A DNA stretch of 63,871 nt, counting the filler, from Hyphochytrium catenoides (taxonomy: Eukaryota > Protista > Hyphochytriomycota): the NCBI GenBank assembly GCA_900088475.1. It is 9 parts of 9 records of this genome, joined end to end, with 100 filler letters (N's around TTAATTAATTAA, not from the genome) between each part and the next. Parts side by side here need not be neighbours in the genome. Positions count along the whole stretch, not along the records: positions 1 to 24,310 come from FLMG01000414.1; 8 more parts are not named here. One strand, 5' to 3'. Positions 1-13,845 of this stretch are shown in pieces. Each line of letters begins with the position of its first letter. Positions within the stretch are counted from its first letter, which is position 1. Below the pieces are notes generated by a model, which made no database searches, was not told where the DNA came from, and worked only from the letters and a program-made list of their open reading frames with translations. The translations under genes were made by a program, and so were the position numbers.

Positions 1-217
1 AGGGAGGAGAGGGAGGGAGGAGGAGAGAGAGAGAGACGCGCACACACACAGAGAGAGAAAGAGAGAGAGAGAGAGACATAAAGGAGTAAGGGAAAGAAAG
101 AAAGAGAGAAGACGGTTAGGCTTGAGTGATATAGTATGATGTATACAACGGGGTCTGGAAGAAGGCTTGCTCAGAAGAAGTTGAAGGAATGAGAGGGGCG
201 AAGTTGTTCAAGGGGAA

Positions 218-250
<33 letters not shown>

Positions 251-372
251 ATGAGAAAATGAGCGAGAGAGAGATCATTCTGGACATTTAGATATATGAA
301 GAGAGAGAGTGGTCAGAAGAGAGAGAGGTAGGGGAAGATGTCAAGACCGTAGCTGAGAGAAGAGAGACATAC

Positions 373-1314
373 TGCTTGAGGAAATAGTTGAGGTTTGTCT
401 GGTGCTGTTTGTCTCCTCCTTCTCCCGTCATCAAGAGGACGCTGCCGCCCGAGGAGAGATAATCCTTTATCGCTGTCATCTGGGGAAACAAAATGAGTCT
501 CTCCTCGTTTCTCTCTCTCATAGATCATCAGTCCTGCTTGCTATGTTCTCAGCAAGGGTAACCCCACGCTTGCTGACCTCTCTCTCTCTCTCTTAATCTC
601 TGTACCTCTCTGTATCTCTTCCCTCTCGCGTTTCTATCCCTCAGTCTTTCCACACAGACTCTCTCTCTCTCTCTCCGTCTCTCTCTCTCTCTCTTACTCG
701 GCTCATGGCCTCAATCACTTAACCGTCCCACTCGATAATTCTTTTCTCTCTCTTTCCGTAAAGTGTGGTTCTTCCTCTCTCTTCTTACCTCAGAGGAAGA
801 GAATCTCTCCCTCGGACAACCGAAGATGACAATGTTTGCCTCTTTCATTCTGTCCAGCGAGACCTCGTCCTTGTTTATTATAACCTAGCGGAGAGAAGAG
901 AGAGGTAGGCACAAGAGAAAGAAAGAGAGAGAGAGAAAAAGAGAGAGAAAGAGAGAGAGAGAAAAAGAGAGAGCATTAGATGAGTAGGAGAACGAGAGGA
1001 GAACACGAGATGGAGGAAGTGAGAAGGCCAGGCGGACACACAGGTCAGAAAAGAGAGAAAGAACATTTCTTTTCTTGTTGGGAGGGTCGACGAATTCGAT
1101 GTGCCTTCTCTCTTTCCCTTTGATTTCTCCTTTCTCTCTTTGTTGTTCTCTAGAAGCGATCACTTTCCCTCGTTCTGCCTCCACTTTGTACTGCCTCTTA
1201 TTTTTCCTTTCTCAGGCTACCTTTCTCTCCTCTCTCCTTCCATCTCTCTCTCTCTCTCTCTCTCTCCCTCCCTCCTCTCTCCCACTTCGCGCGGTCTCTC
1301 TCTCTCTCTCTCCA

Positions 1315-1351
<37 letters not shown>

Positions 1352-1720
1352 TACTCTCTCTCTCTCCATCTCTCTCTCTCTTACTCTCTCTCTCTCTCTT
1401 GCACTCTCTCTCCCTCTTTCTCCTCACCTTATAGTTGTTCCTCAGCTTCCGAAAGAGCTTCTTATACGTAGAGTTCGGGTGGTGACTCTCTCTCTTCGAC
1501 GCATCAAACATTATCACTGTGCCTCCTTCTGCACGACTCTTTCTCTCTCCCCCGAGGAAGCCTCCTCTCTCGCTTTCATCGTCATTCTCTAAGAAAGACT
1601 CGCGATTGAGAGAGGAAGAACCGTTCTCTTTGTCTCTCCTTCCCCCTTTCTCTCTACTGTTTTTGCTTGAAGCGCTCTCTTGCCTGGGAACAGGAGCCTT
1701 CTCGCCTTTGCTGCCAGAGC

Positions 1721-1761
<41 letters not shown>

Positions 1762-1930
1762 GAAAGAGAAGAGTTAGGCGGGAACAGGAGAGAGGACGAG
1801 AAGAGAAAGAGGAAGTTGCGGTAGGGTAGGTGTGAGGCGAGAGAGAGAGAGAGAAAGGGGGGAGAAGGAGAGAGAGGAAAGACGAGACGGAGAACAGACA
1901 GAAGGACGGGGTGAAGTCGCCGTTGGTGGC

Positions 1931-1965
<35 letters not shown>

Positions 1966-2396
1966 CGTGAAAGAAAGAAAGAAGGGGGGAAGACGGTGTG
2001 TGTGTTGGGGGGCGGGGAGGGGAGGAGAAGTGGGAGAGAGACCAAGAGAGAAAGGACAAGGGGAAAGAACTTTGCAAAAGCGATAAGCAAATGGCAGAAG
2101 CTAAGAGAGAGATAATCAAGGGAGAGAAGAAAGCGTTTAGATCTCTAAAGTCAGCAACGGAAGAAGACGCACAGGACGGAGAGAAGCGTGCATCAAGAGA
2201 GAGAGAGAGAGAGAAGGTGAAAGAACGGAGAGAGAAGGGAGGAAGAGAGAGACCAAGAGGGAGAGACACACCTATTCAGACTGCCTTTACTACTGCGACG
2301 CTCGACCTTCTCATTGCCGTCTGCACTCTTCTTTTCGACAGCTTCTTCTCCTCTGAGGCTCTCCTTACTGCCCGCGCTGCCTTTCCGACCGTCCAT
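373..2396 (-). CDS. IFT52: Intraflagellar transport protein 52 (5' part; continues off the left edge)
   Basis: Exons 2396-2272, 1719-1428, 884-789 and 479-373 join in frame over GT-AG introns: ...VIMFDASKRESHHPNSTYKKLFRKLRNNYK|VIINKDEVSLDRMKEANIVIFGCPRERFSSSE|MTAIKDYLSSGGSVLLMTGEGGDKQHQTNLNYFLKQ, matching the IFT52 N-terminal GIFT domain. Confidence 0.9.
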
Positions 2397-2679
2397 GGTC
2401 CTTCTCTTTTTACTCTCTCTCTCTTTCTCTCCTCTATCCGCGGCACTTTCCTCCTTTCTCTCTCTCTCTCTCCCTCTCTTCTTTTGCTCTCTCTTCAAGG
2501 CGCTACAGCTTTACCTTATTTGTTAATGATTGAGGAGAAGAGAGAGAGAGTCTTTCATTGGAGCGAATCGATGAGTCTCCACCAGAAAAAGTGATGATCT
2601 CTGCGCAGACACTATCGAGGAGTCCAAAGAGATCGCAGGAGCGAGACGAAAAGAGCAGACACTTCATGAGACGGGAGAC

Positions 2680-2808
2680 CCAGCAAAGAGAGAGACACAT
2701 CAACAGAGAGAGCGAGAGAGACCAACACAGAGAGAGCGAGAGACCAACACAGAGAGAGAGAGAGGCCAACACAGAGAGAGAGAGAGAGAGAGCGCGAGAG
2801 AGAGACCA

Positions 2809-2858
<50 letters not shown>
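2680..2858. repeat. Compound minisatellite: CCAACAC units separated by variable (AG)n
   Basis: About 4-5 copies of (a)ccaacacagagagag... followed by a pure (AG)n run, upstream of the IFT52 ATG. Confidence 0.75.
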
Positions 2859-2861
<3 letters not shown>

Positions 2862-3607
2862 GGATGCGAAGGAGGAAGCGGTCTCACCGGTCCAACTGGC
2901 GCCTTGAACAGTGTCCTTTCCCAGCTGAATGTTTCCGGAAAAAATCCGAGGGACCTATTCAATTTATTCCTAAAACAAACGCCCTTATGAGGGACAACTG
3001 TCGTAGGATTTAGAATAACCTTCCTTGTAAATTTATGGGTTCTCCCTAATTACCCATATTAGATCTGGCTAACCTGGGATTGAACACTTTCTAAGATCTA
3101 CTGGGAGGAATGAAGGTTGGGTCAGTGGGTTCAGCTACCCAGGTTTACCATACTGTGTATTGAATGTTGTTGTTGTATTTCCGCTGTTCGCTAGCCGTTG
3201 TGTGTACCAATTTCAAAAATCTCTGTCCGTTCTGTTTGTGAGAGAGGAAGAGGAAGGGGCAGAATCTTCGTCTGAAGCTTCAGAAATCAAGCGCCACCTG
3301 GGCGCGCTGTTGTTAGAACTATATACTATAATATAGATGGGGTCAGAGACAAGAGCGATGAGAATGTAAGCGTGAAATTCTAGACAGTCTATCGCATGGC
3401 TATCCGCTCTACCTATATCAAGCTGGTAGTCTGCATGTTAGGCATGTAGTAACCCTATTAGGGGGAGAGAGAGAGAGATAAGGAAATAGTGAGACGGTCA
3501 ACTCGGTAGCACCATGTGCAGATGGCAATGGTTAGAGGCTGAAAGAGAGACACTATAAGAGGAGCCTTGCAGAGCTGAGAGATAGAAGAGCAAACAGGTT
3601 GAGAGCT

Positions 3608-3832
3608 ATGACCGAGCTTATGGAGGTTGAGCATGAGGATGGATGGGAGAGACAAGAGAGAGAGAGAACTCTCTCCTCCTCGTCTTCAGAGGAGTTTCAA
3701 GCTGTAAAGGCGATAGTCAGAGTCCGTCCGCTAGTACGGTCAGAGATAGAGAACGGAGCGCAAAGCATCCTGGAGGCTTACTGCCCTCAGGCACAGGTAT
3801 GGACGGACTTTCCTTCTTTTTCTCTTTTTCCT

Positions 3833-3864
<32 letters not shown>

Positions 3865-3913
3865 TTCCCTTCCTCAGCCGGACTCTCCTTGTTTCTCTCT
3901 TTTTCCTTCCTCT

Positions 3914-3945
<32 letters not shown>

Positions 3946-5679
3946 TTCTTTTCCTCTAAATAGTAAGGCTATTGTCCCTTGTTCCCCTTCATCTCCTCCC
4001 CGTCCTTCTCTGCCTTCGACTATGGACTGCCCCTCACTTGACTGCTGCATCGCATAACTGTGGCAAGATTCTCAGTACCTCCCTACTATGCTATCTCTCT
4101 CTCTCTCTGTGTCGCACTCACTCTCTTCTCTATCTCTCGTGTACTTCACTCAGATCTCCTTTAAACTGTACAGTTCGTTCTTCCACTTGCCTCTTCTGGA
4201 TCATCCTTTCCATCACTTTTCTTTCTCACAAGCTCTCTCTCTCTCTCTCTCTCTCTCCCTCTCTCTTTATTTCCCTTCCATACCCTCGTAACGTTTCTTT
4301 TCCCTGTCTTAGGTTGTTATCAAAGGAAAGACGTACACTTTCGACCGCGTCTTGGCTGCGTCCTCCTCTCAGGAGGAAGTCTATCGAGAGACGGCGGAAA
4401 AGCTCCTGGACGGTCTCTTTCAGGGTTACAATGCCACGGTCCTGGCCTATGGACAGACAGGAAGCGGAAAGACCTACACGGTGATTCCCCTCTCTTCGCC
4501 TTGTCTCTCCTTTTTCTCTCTCTCTCCCTCTCTCTCTCTATATATATTCTTTCCTCTCTGTGTGACAGTTCTAATCTCTCTCTCTCAGTCAGTCTGTCAA
4601 GACTAAATGTTTGTCTATAGCTCCCCCTTCCCAAGCCCTATATCGCTCTCTTTCTCTCTGTCTCCAAACCTTATTTTTCTCTCTTATTCTCTGTCTCCGT
4701 CACCCATCTCTGAGGTTACTCTGCTCGTCTCTCTCCTCTTCTTCGCTTCTTGTGTCCCTGTCATTGGTAGCATCTCTCTATCTCTCTATCTTCTCTCCTC
4801 TTTTCGCCTCAGTGCGTCTTAAACCTAGCCTTCTATTAACCTCAAAGGGTTTTTTCTCACCTCTTCGTCTTTGTTCTCTCTCTCTCTTTCTGTGTCACTC
4901 TCACTTCTTCTCTGATGGAATTTGACAGATGGGCACCGGTTTCAACCCGCAAGAGGAAGAGAGGGAGAGGGGCATCATTCCACGGGTCATACAGCAGGTC
5001 GGAGAGACTCCCTCTTGCTTTTGCCTTCAATCGACTCTCTTTCTCTCTATCGTTTGCTCTATATTACTCTCTCCTAGGTCTTCACCCTTCCTCTCTTTCT
5101 TTTTTTCTGATTGCTTTCTCTCTCTTGCGCTTCCCTGATCTTCACAGAGGAGAAAGGGTGCGATTTGCCGTTTGTCTCTCTGTCCTTTGCGGATTTTCAT
5201 TCTCTTCTCAATGCCTTATTCTCTCTATCATTTTCTCTCCCTGTCATCCTTCTCTCGCTCTCTTTCTCTGACTGTCTGTCTCTTCCTTGCTTTCTGTCAC
5301 TGTGTGCAGCTATTCGCCACGGTTCAGCAGAGACGGGAGCGGTTCTCCTGTGAGATCAAGGTTTCTTATCTTGAGGTACATAGAGGCCGCGCCTCTCTCC
5401 TTCATCTATCGTTTTTCCCCTTTCCATTCTCTCGGCCCCCTGTCGCCTTTGCTTGTCTCTGTCTCTCTCTCTCTCTCTTTCCCAAGTTCCCTGATTCCAC
5501 CTCTTTCTTTTCACCGTTCTTTTCTCTCTATTTCTTTCGGCTTTCCCTTGCACTCTCTCTCTCTCTCTCTTTGTTTCATCGTAGAATGTCCTTCCTTCTC
5601 TTTCCTCTACGTGCATTTTCCCGTGTTGCTCAACCCTTCCTGTGCCTTCTCTCTATTGTAGGTTCTTTCTTCCCATTAG

Positions 5680-5722
<43 letters not shown>

Positions 5723-7036
5723 AGGTCTGTCTCTCTCTCGTTCTCTGTCTGTTTACCTTTCTCGTTTCATCTCTGAGTTAAACCCGTCAACCCTTTGCTG
5801 CAGGTCATTGCCCTTTCCTCTAGCATTTTTCTCTTTCTTTTCACCTTTGGGTTACTGTGTTTCTCTCTCTCTCTCTGCCACTTCGGTTTGTTCCTCCGTG
5901 TTGACTCCCGAAACCCTTCTCTCTCTTTCTCTCTCTCTCTCTCTTAACAAACGTCTAGATTTACAACGAGCACATTCGGGACCTTCTCTCTCCCTCTTTC
6001 GTCCTTGAAGGAGGGGAACACGGGGAGAGTGGACTGGATGTGAGAGAGGACAAACAAGCGGGGATCTTTGTCGTTGGACTGACAGAGAGAGAAGTCACCT
6101 CTCCTCTGGAGCTGGCTTCTGCTTTGGAAGAGGTGAGAGCCACACATGACGGGAGAGACGAGGTGGAGGAGACGAGAGAAAGGCAAACGAGGGAGAGAGA
6201 GAGAGCCAAAGAGAAGGAGAAGCAATCGACGACCCGGTGGCTTCTCTCCCTCTCTTAAGCTTCTTCTTCCTCATCAACTGCCTCTCATGTCTATTCACGT
6301 GAACAAAACCAGTTCCTTTTCTCACTCAGCGCTCTCTTCCTCTCTNNNNNNNTCACCATCACTCTGAGCCAGACGCCAAAAGAAGAAGAGAGAGGAGGAG
6401 AAGAAGAGAGAGAGAAAGAAGAGTGTCCTTCTCCTCCTCACGCAGAGAAAGAGCTAGAGAGGCAGTTGAAGAGCACGACGGCAAAGTTCCATTTGGTTGA
6501 TCTTGCAGGGTCCGAAAGAGTGAAGAAGACCAAGGCAGAGGGCCAGCAGCTTAAAGAGGGTCAGACGTCCCACTTTCTCCCTCTCTCTCCCTCTCTCTTT
6601 CTGATCCCTCTCTTTATTTACTGGCTTGGACCGCTAACAGGATTCGCTCTTTCTCTGAGCCTCTTTTGCTTCCTTGTTCTGCATTCTCTCTCTCTCTCTC
6701 TCTTTTCTCTCTTGCATATTCCCATTATCTCTCGTTCTCACATTTTCTCTTCTGTTTCTATATATGTATCTAACTCTCTTATCTATATTTCTCTCTCTCT
6801 CTATGTGGGTGTCTCTCCTCTCAACTGCTCTTGCTGCGTCTCTTCCTTATTTGACTGCTCTCTCTCTCTCTCTCCTGACCGTTGATGTATAACCTTAGGC
6901 ATCAACATTAACTGCAGCCTCCTGGCTCTGGGGAATGTGATCAATGCTCTGGGAGACGACTCAAGAAAGCGTCAGAATGTCCACGTGCCCTATAGGTATA
7001 GGCACAAAAGAGACGAAAGAGAGAAAGAGAGAGGGC

Positions 7037-7073
<37 letters not shown>

Positions 7074-7346
7074 TTACTGGAGACTAGAGAGGACATGAAA
7101 TACTTCTAAATTTTTCCTTCGATGTTGTCTCAGCGTCTCTTCGTCAATTTATGAAAGCTATTTGACCATTCTCTGTCTCTTTCTCTCTCTCTCGTTTCCT
7201 CTCCTCTCTCTCTCTCTCTCTCTCCTTTTCGCGCACTTTGACTTGACAGGAGCAGCAAGTTGACCCGTTTGCTCCAAGACAGCCTTGGAGGGAACAGTAG
7301 GACGGTGTTGATAGGTAAGAAGTCAGTTCAATCATGTTGGCCCGTG

Positions 7347-7385
<39 letters not shown>

Positions 7386-7559
7386 GGTCCTCTCCACCCC
7401 TTCCCTGCCTGTCGCTCATTTTCTCTTCTGCGACTGCTGTCGTTCCTGATTCTTTTCTGCACCTCTCGGCCTCATTTGTTGTCTCTCTCTTGTTCTCGGA
7501 GCACATCTCTCTAACGGGTGGTGCTCTCTCCGGCTTCGATGTTGTCACTCAATCTTGGG

Positions 7560-7604
<45 letters not shown>

Positions 7605-8364
7605 CTCCTCTCGCTGCTACTTCATAAACTCATAGGATGTGTGAGTCCTGCTGACATCAACTTGGACGAGACCTATAGCTGTCTCCTCTATGTCCATCGA
7701 GCAAGAAACATCAAGAACAAGCCAAGAATCAATCGAGACCCTGCCGCTGCGGAGTTGCTGGTCTCTCTCTCTCTTTCTCTTCCTCTCTGTTTCGCACTCG
7801 GCTATCTCCTCCAGTCTTTTTCCACCGCCATGCGTCTGCTTCCTCCTTCACCGAGTTCATAAATTTTCTCTCTCTGGATTGTGTTCCTCTCAGTAATGGC
7901 TCTTCATCTTCTCTCCCTCTCCAATTTGCTCTCTTTCTCTCTCCGTCTCTCTCCGTTTTGTCTCTCTCTCTCTCTCTCTGTGTCTCTCTCTCTCTCTCCC
8001 ATCAGAGCCTTCGCGAAGAGGTGCGAGACCTCAGACTCAAGCTCGCACTTGTTAGTGGCGGGGTCAGTACTCAGAGAAGTACTCAGGTTAGCTCCAAAAA
8101 GAATGAACTCTCGACTTTTTCCTCTCTCTCTCTTTCGGTTTCTCTTCTCTTTCTCTGACTCGACCAATTTTGTGGCTTATTCTCTCCCGTGTCCGCTTCA
8201 TTTTTTTCTTTCCTTGTGTCTCTTTCTCTCTCTCTCTCTCTGTGTGTGAGGTGCTCTCTAGCTGTCTTCTTTTCCTGCAGGCAGCCCTACGGTTATATCA
8301 GAGGGTGCTCTCTCTTTTCTTCTTTCATCCTCCTTCTTTTCCCCTCGCCCTCTCTCTCCTTTTA

Positions 8365-8403
<39 letters not shown>

Positions 8404-8549
8404 CTTTCTCCCCCTTGCATCTCCACCAACCTTCTCTCATGTGTGCTCGATGTCCTTTGGCAGGAGGTAAATATTCTNNNNNNNNNNNNNNNNNNNNNNN
8501 NNNNNNNNNNNNNNNNNNNNNNNNNNNNNNNNNNNNNNNNNNNCGGTGA

Positions 8550-8586
<37 letters not shown>

Positions 8587-9713
8587 CCATTCGTCACGTC
8601 TCTTGCCTAGTCTTACTCCTTCTCTGTCTCTTTCTTTCTCTCTCTCATTCTCGCCCTCTCTTTCTCTCTCTCTCTCTCCCTCTCGCGCGCGCGCTCTCTC
8701 TTTCTCCACAGACGCGATGAACCATCTGGAGCGCTGCTCAGAGGCCGAGTCCTTGTTAGAATGCGCTCTAGCTCAGGTGGAGGCATTCAAGAGAGAAGTA
8801 AGAGATATCCTCCTTTCTCTCTCTTGTTCAGCAGCGTCTAGACTCTTCTCTCTCTCTCTTCTCTGCGTTCTCTCTCACTTTCTCCCGCTCGCTCTCTTTG
8901 TTTCCCTCCGTGGGTTTACTCTTCTCCTCATCTGCCAGCAGTGATATCTCTTTCTTGTTTTACTGTGGCTCCTAGCACTCTTCTGAACTTCTCTCTCTCT
9001 TCTCTCTCTTCCTTTTGTATCTCCTTACGCCGACGTTAGCTCCTGCGCCTCGGACTGTCTCAAGACGAGGTCTCCGCGGTCGAGGAGCCGTTCAAGAGCT
9101 CGATGGAAGAGAGGAGAAGAGAAACGGCAGAGAAAAGAGACAGGATGGTAAGGAGAAGAGCGTTCTCTTTCTAGGTATTTTCGGTTCCTATCACATTCTT
9201 TGACCTTGTGTAACTTTCCCTAGAACTTTCTTTCTTCTCTTTCTCTCTTTCTCTCTCTCTCTCTCCCTTTTCCTCCTTTTTCCCTCGCCACGTTTCCTTG
9301 TTAACACTTATGTATAGAAAAGAGAGAAAGGTTGGGTCTCTCCTGTTTCCTCGGCGGTTCTCTCGGCCGCGGCAGATGTGCAGAACTTGAGGCTAAGGGA
9401 AGAAGAGGGAGAGAGAGAAGAGTGTCACCTGGAGGAAAGAAACAAGTTTGCGCCATTCGGCGATTTAAGTGTGATAAAAGAGGAGAATCTTGAGGTAAGA
9501 GCTTAGAGAATAATGAGAGGGAAAGAGAGAGTGAGAGGGAAAGAGAGAGAGAGAGAGAGAGAGGAGAACTGAGAGAGAGAGAGCAAGGCGGTACCTGACA
9601 GCGATCGAAAGCGCGACAGAGACAGACAGATAGAGTATTAAAAGGAACTCCAGAGAAGCAAGGAAAAGGATTATCTCCTAACCCCTTCACCTTCTCTCTC
9701 TCTCTCTCTCTTT

Positions 9714-9757
<44 letters not shown>

Positions 9758-10140
9758 TTCTCTCTCTACGTATCTCTCCTAATAAGGATTGTCTTGCTAG
9801 CCCAGACGGAGGAGAGGATGTGGAGAATGAGCATGTGCGCACAATGAAGAGAGCTTTTCTTGACCGCCGCACCGCGGCTCAGCAGGAACTGGAGCTCCTC
9901 GAGGTGGTCTAATCTCTCTTTCCTTCTCTGTGCAGTCTCTCTCTCTGTACGATCTCTCTCTCCATCGGATACTGGCTTTTTTCCGTCTATTTCTTCTTAT
10001 TTTTTCTTTCTCTCTTTTCTCCACAGAACAAGCTGAAGGAGCATGAGGAGGAAGTGGAAAGGCTGACACGAGAGCGGCTGCAGGAGTCAGTCAAGAGCCA
10101 ACTGGTCGAGATGGAGACGTAAGATGTTGCTCTCTTTCTT

Positions 10141-10179
<39 letters not shown>

Positions 10180-10356
10180 GATGCGTCAGTCTGCGTAGAC
10201 ACTCTTTCTCATCTGACCCTGCTGCCTTCCCCATGATGAGAATCCTCATTTAGTTCCTTCCTCTCGTGATATTCTTTACTTTGAACACGTAGGTTCTTAC
10301 ATGCCAGTCAGCTCGTTTCATTTTGCTCTCTTCCTTTCTCGCCCCCTTCCTTTCTC

Positions 10357-10418
<62 letters not shown>

Positions 10419-13400
10419 CTCTCCTCGTACTCTTTGTCAATTTCTGCCGTCTTTCTTTGTGCCCATTTAGTGTGTGACAAAAAGGAAAGGTAAACTTCCT
10501 AGCAGCCTGTGGCTAATGCTCCATTCTCTTTTTATTCTCTCGTGCTCTCTCTCTCTCTCTGTCTCTCTCTCTCTTTCTGTGCCTTTCCCTTATTCAGTCA
10601 TTTCCAGCAGCGTGAGGTGCAGCTGCAGGGAGAGTTGCAACAGTTGCAGGCGCGGCTTCGTCGCCTGGGAGAGGAAAAAGCCCACGCTGCCAAAGAAGTT
10701 CACGACCTAGCAATAGAGCTCAGAAAGAGGTGGAAACTCTCTCTTCTCTCCGTCTTTCTCTCTCTCTCTCTCTCTCTCCTCGCTTCCGATTGTGCTTAAG
10801 ATATGACACTGGTCAGTCAAAAATCTCTCCTTTCCCTTTTGCTGGCCAGGTCTTCTCTTCTTTCTTTTTGTCTCTCTCTCTTTTTTTCTCTTGATATCTC
10901 TCCTCACTATCTTCTCTCTTTGTCTCTCTCTTCTCGCCCGCCTCCTAGAGAGAAGCTCCTTCAGCAACAACTAAGAGACACGAGAGGAGAGAGAAAGAAA
11001 GTGGAAGAGAGTCAACGACACGCGAAGAGAGTGGAAGAGAAGATCCAAAGAATGGAGAGAGAGGTCACGGAGATCAAACAGGCCAAAGTTGCCCTCAGGA
11101 GGAGAATGCAGCAGGAGTCTGAAGCATACAGAGCAGAGGTAAAGAAATTGGTTAAAGAGAGAGAGAGAGAGAGAGAAAGAGAAAGAGGGAGAGAAAGAAA
11201 GGAGAGAGAAAGAGACAGACGTGGAAGGATGGGAAGAGAAATTGAGCAAGAAGTCTTTTTACATGGTGTTATCTGCTTGTCCTTTTCCCTCCGATTTCCT
11301 TCTCCTCCGTCATCGCGCTGAGATGTAAAGAGAGAAAACCATAAAGAGAGGAAAGGGGAGACGGAGAGAAACGCTGAAGGTCTCTCTCTCTCGTTACGAG
11401 ACTCTTCTCCTATATTGCGTCTGACGTTGCTAAATCATCCCTTTGTCCCTGGTTTTCTCTTTCTTTCTCTTCCTCTCTCTCTCCTCTTCTTCTTCCTTCT
11501 GTCTTCAACCTCCAGAAGCGGCAATGGGAGAGGGAGATGCTCCGGGAAAAGAGAGAGAACCGAAGAAAGGAGCTACTCCTACAGAGAGAGAAGGTAGGAC
11601 GGGAAAGAAGGGAAAGACAGTGTCACAGGCCAAGCCCGCAGCAGAGGGACAAGGGGATAAAAATAACGAAAGAGTGAGGGAAAGTGTGTTTGTAGAGTTC
11701 AGGGAAGAGACGGCTCGAGTGTGTTAGCATAAGAGAGAGAGATGAGTGTCTGTGTGTGTGTGAGAGAGAGAGAGAGAGAGGGAGAGAGAGAGCTATATGG
11801 TGAGCAGGACAAAGGAAGAGAAAGAGGAAATTTGCGGGGAAACGAAGGACACTTGAAAGAGTGTGAGGTGACAGGAGGAAGGAGAGAGAGAGTGTGAGAG
11901 AGAGAGAACAGTGAGGGCGGAAGCAGCTTGATGATCTTACGCAAGAGGTAATCTTAAGGCAAAATGGGAGAGCACGGCCACTGTTCTGAAGAGAAAGACA
12001 GAGGAGGTCGCGCTGGTCAGGCAGCAACTGCACGTGCAGCAGCAGAGGCGAAGCGCAGGTAAGAGAGAAAGTACATTAAGAGAAACACAGAGAGAGGGAG
12101 ACACGCGCCACAGAGGGGAGAGAGAGAGAGATAGGGAGAGGGGAAAGGAGAAGAGATCAAACAGAAAACAGAAGACCAGAAAGGGCAAAGACGAAGAGAC
12201 GAGCACACGAGAGAGAGAAAGAGAGAGAGGAACCAAACAATTGGCGTCAATCCACGCACGGCAGTAACTCTTCCCTCGTCTTTTCCTCTCCCGATCCTTT
12301 CCCTCTTTCCCGTCCCTTTCCCTGATGACCGATTTGGTCTGACCTTCTACCTGCCTCTTTGGCTTCACAAGCTGTGGACATGCGTATGAAGACTCTTCGT
12401 GGCCAACAGTGCAGAAGGAAGGCGTTCACTTGGCTAACTGACAAAGTAAGCAGCTCCTACTCATGACTTCTGCTTTCTCTCTCTCTCTCGTTCTCTCTCT
12501 CTCTCCTCTCTCCCTATAGCATTCGTCACGAGTTTCATCTTTCCAGCCCTGCCAGCGAACCCTCTTTGTTCTTGTTTCTGCCTTTGTATTCTTGAGCGTT
12601 AACATCCTCCGTTCCTTTCGATCGTCGCGTGCTCTCTCTCTTTCTCTCTCTCTCTTCTATTTCCTTGTCGATCTCTTTTCCTGAAGTTGGACCACTGTAT
12701 GGAGACTGTTCTTCTTCGAGATCATCTTGATGCGCTAATAACTGCGAAAAAGGAAGCGACCGAGCTCCTGCGACATACGGGGGATGAACAGCAGAGAAAG
12801 ACCTTAGAGGTCTCTCTCTCACTCTCTCTCTCTCATTCCCTCATATCGAGAGACTCCTTTTCTCTCACTCTCTCTTTCTCTCTCCCCTCTCGGGGCAGAT
12901 TCGGTCTCTCTTCGTATGCTCTTTCTTCCTGTCTTACGGGATCCTTGCAGTGTCTAGCTCTTAATTTCATTGGTTCGTGCCACTTATCCAATGACCTAAC
13001 AATTATTCCTCTCTCTCTCTTCATCTTTCTTCTCTCTTTTCCTTTCTCTCCATTATTTCTCTCGCTCACCCTCTCTCCTATTGCCTCCGCGCTCACAAGC
13101 TTTTCTTCAACCCTCCGCTTACTTCGGTGCAGACAAAGGCAGAGACTATTGATGGAGAAATCAGCCGACTGCAGTCCCTGTGGATGGAGAGACAGAATGT
13201 GATAGCGGTAGACAGAAGACAAGGAAAAGTTGGAGAGAGAAAGAGAGACGAAGATAGTGAAGATGTGGTTCTCTCGGTCGATTCTTCCTCTCCCTTCTGG
13301 GCTGAAGTTGCAGTCAGTGAAGCCAAGATCTTCCTGTCAGAACTCTTCTCGATCGCGCTCAATGACAGAAGGACCATGCTTACTGCACAGGTCTCTCTTC

Positions 13401-13795
13401 TCATCTCTTTTGCTTTCTTCTCTCTCTCTCTTTGTCCTCTCCCTTTCTTCCTTGTGTCTCTTCTGCCATTCCTCATCGTTTCCACACTCTTGCTCCCCGG
13501 ATCCCTTTTGCCCCTTCTCCATGTAATCCCTGTCTCCTGATTTTCTCTCTCTCTCTCTGCCTCTTTTTCCTCTGCTTATCTCTCTCCATTTCTCTCTCTC
13601 TCTCTCTCCCTTGTTATTTCTCAAAGGCCCACCAAAGGAAACTTTCAACTGAGCGGGACCAGGAAGTGGCAGAGACTCGCAAGAGGAAGACTCCTTCTCT
13701 AAACCTCTCTCCGTCGGAAGAAGGTTGGATCTTTTCCCTATAATAATCAATCGTCGCTCTTGCTGACTCTCAACTGTTCTCTCTCTCTCACTCCT

Positions 13796-13845
<50 letters not shown>

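Noticed and set aside
2680-2858. Repeat-spacer pattern resembling a CRISPR array
   Set aside because: The spacers are just (AG)n, the context is eukaryotic, and there are no cas genes.
6285-6352. NKTSSFSHS resembling a mutated kinesin switch I (NxxSSRSH)
   Set aside because: Flanking residues and spacing do not fit and it abuts an N gap. The real switch I exon is probably unassembled, so a dead motor cannot be claimed.
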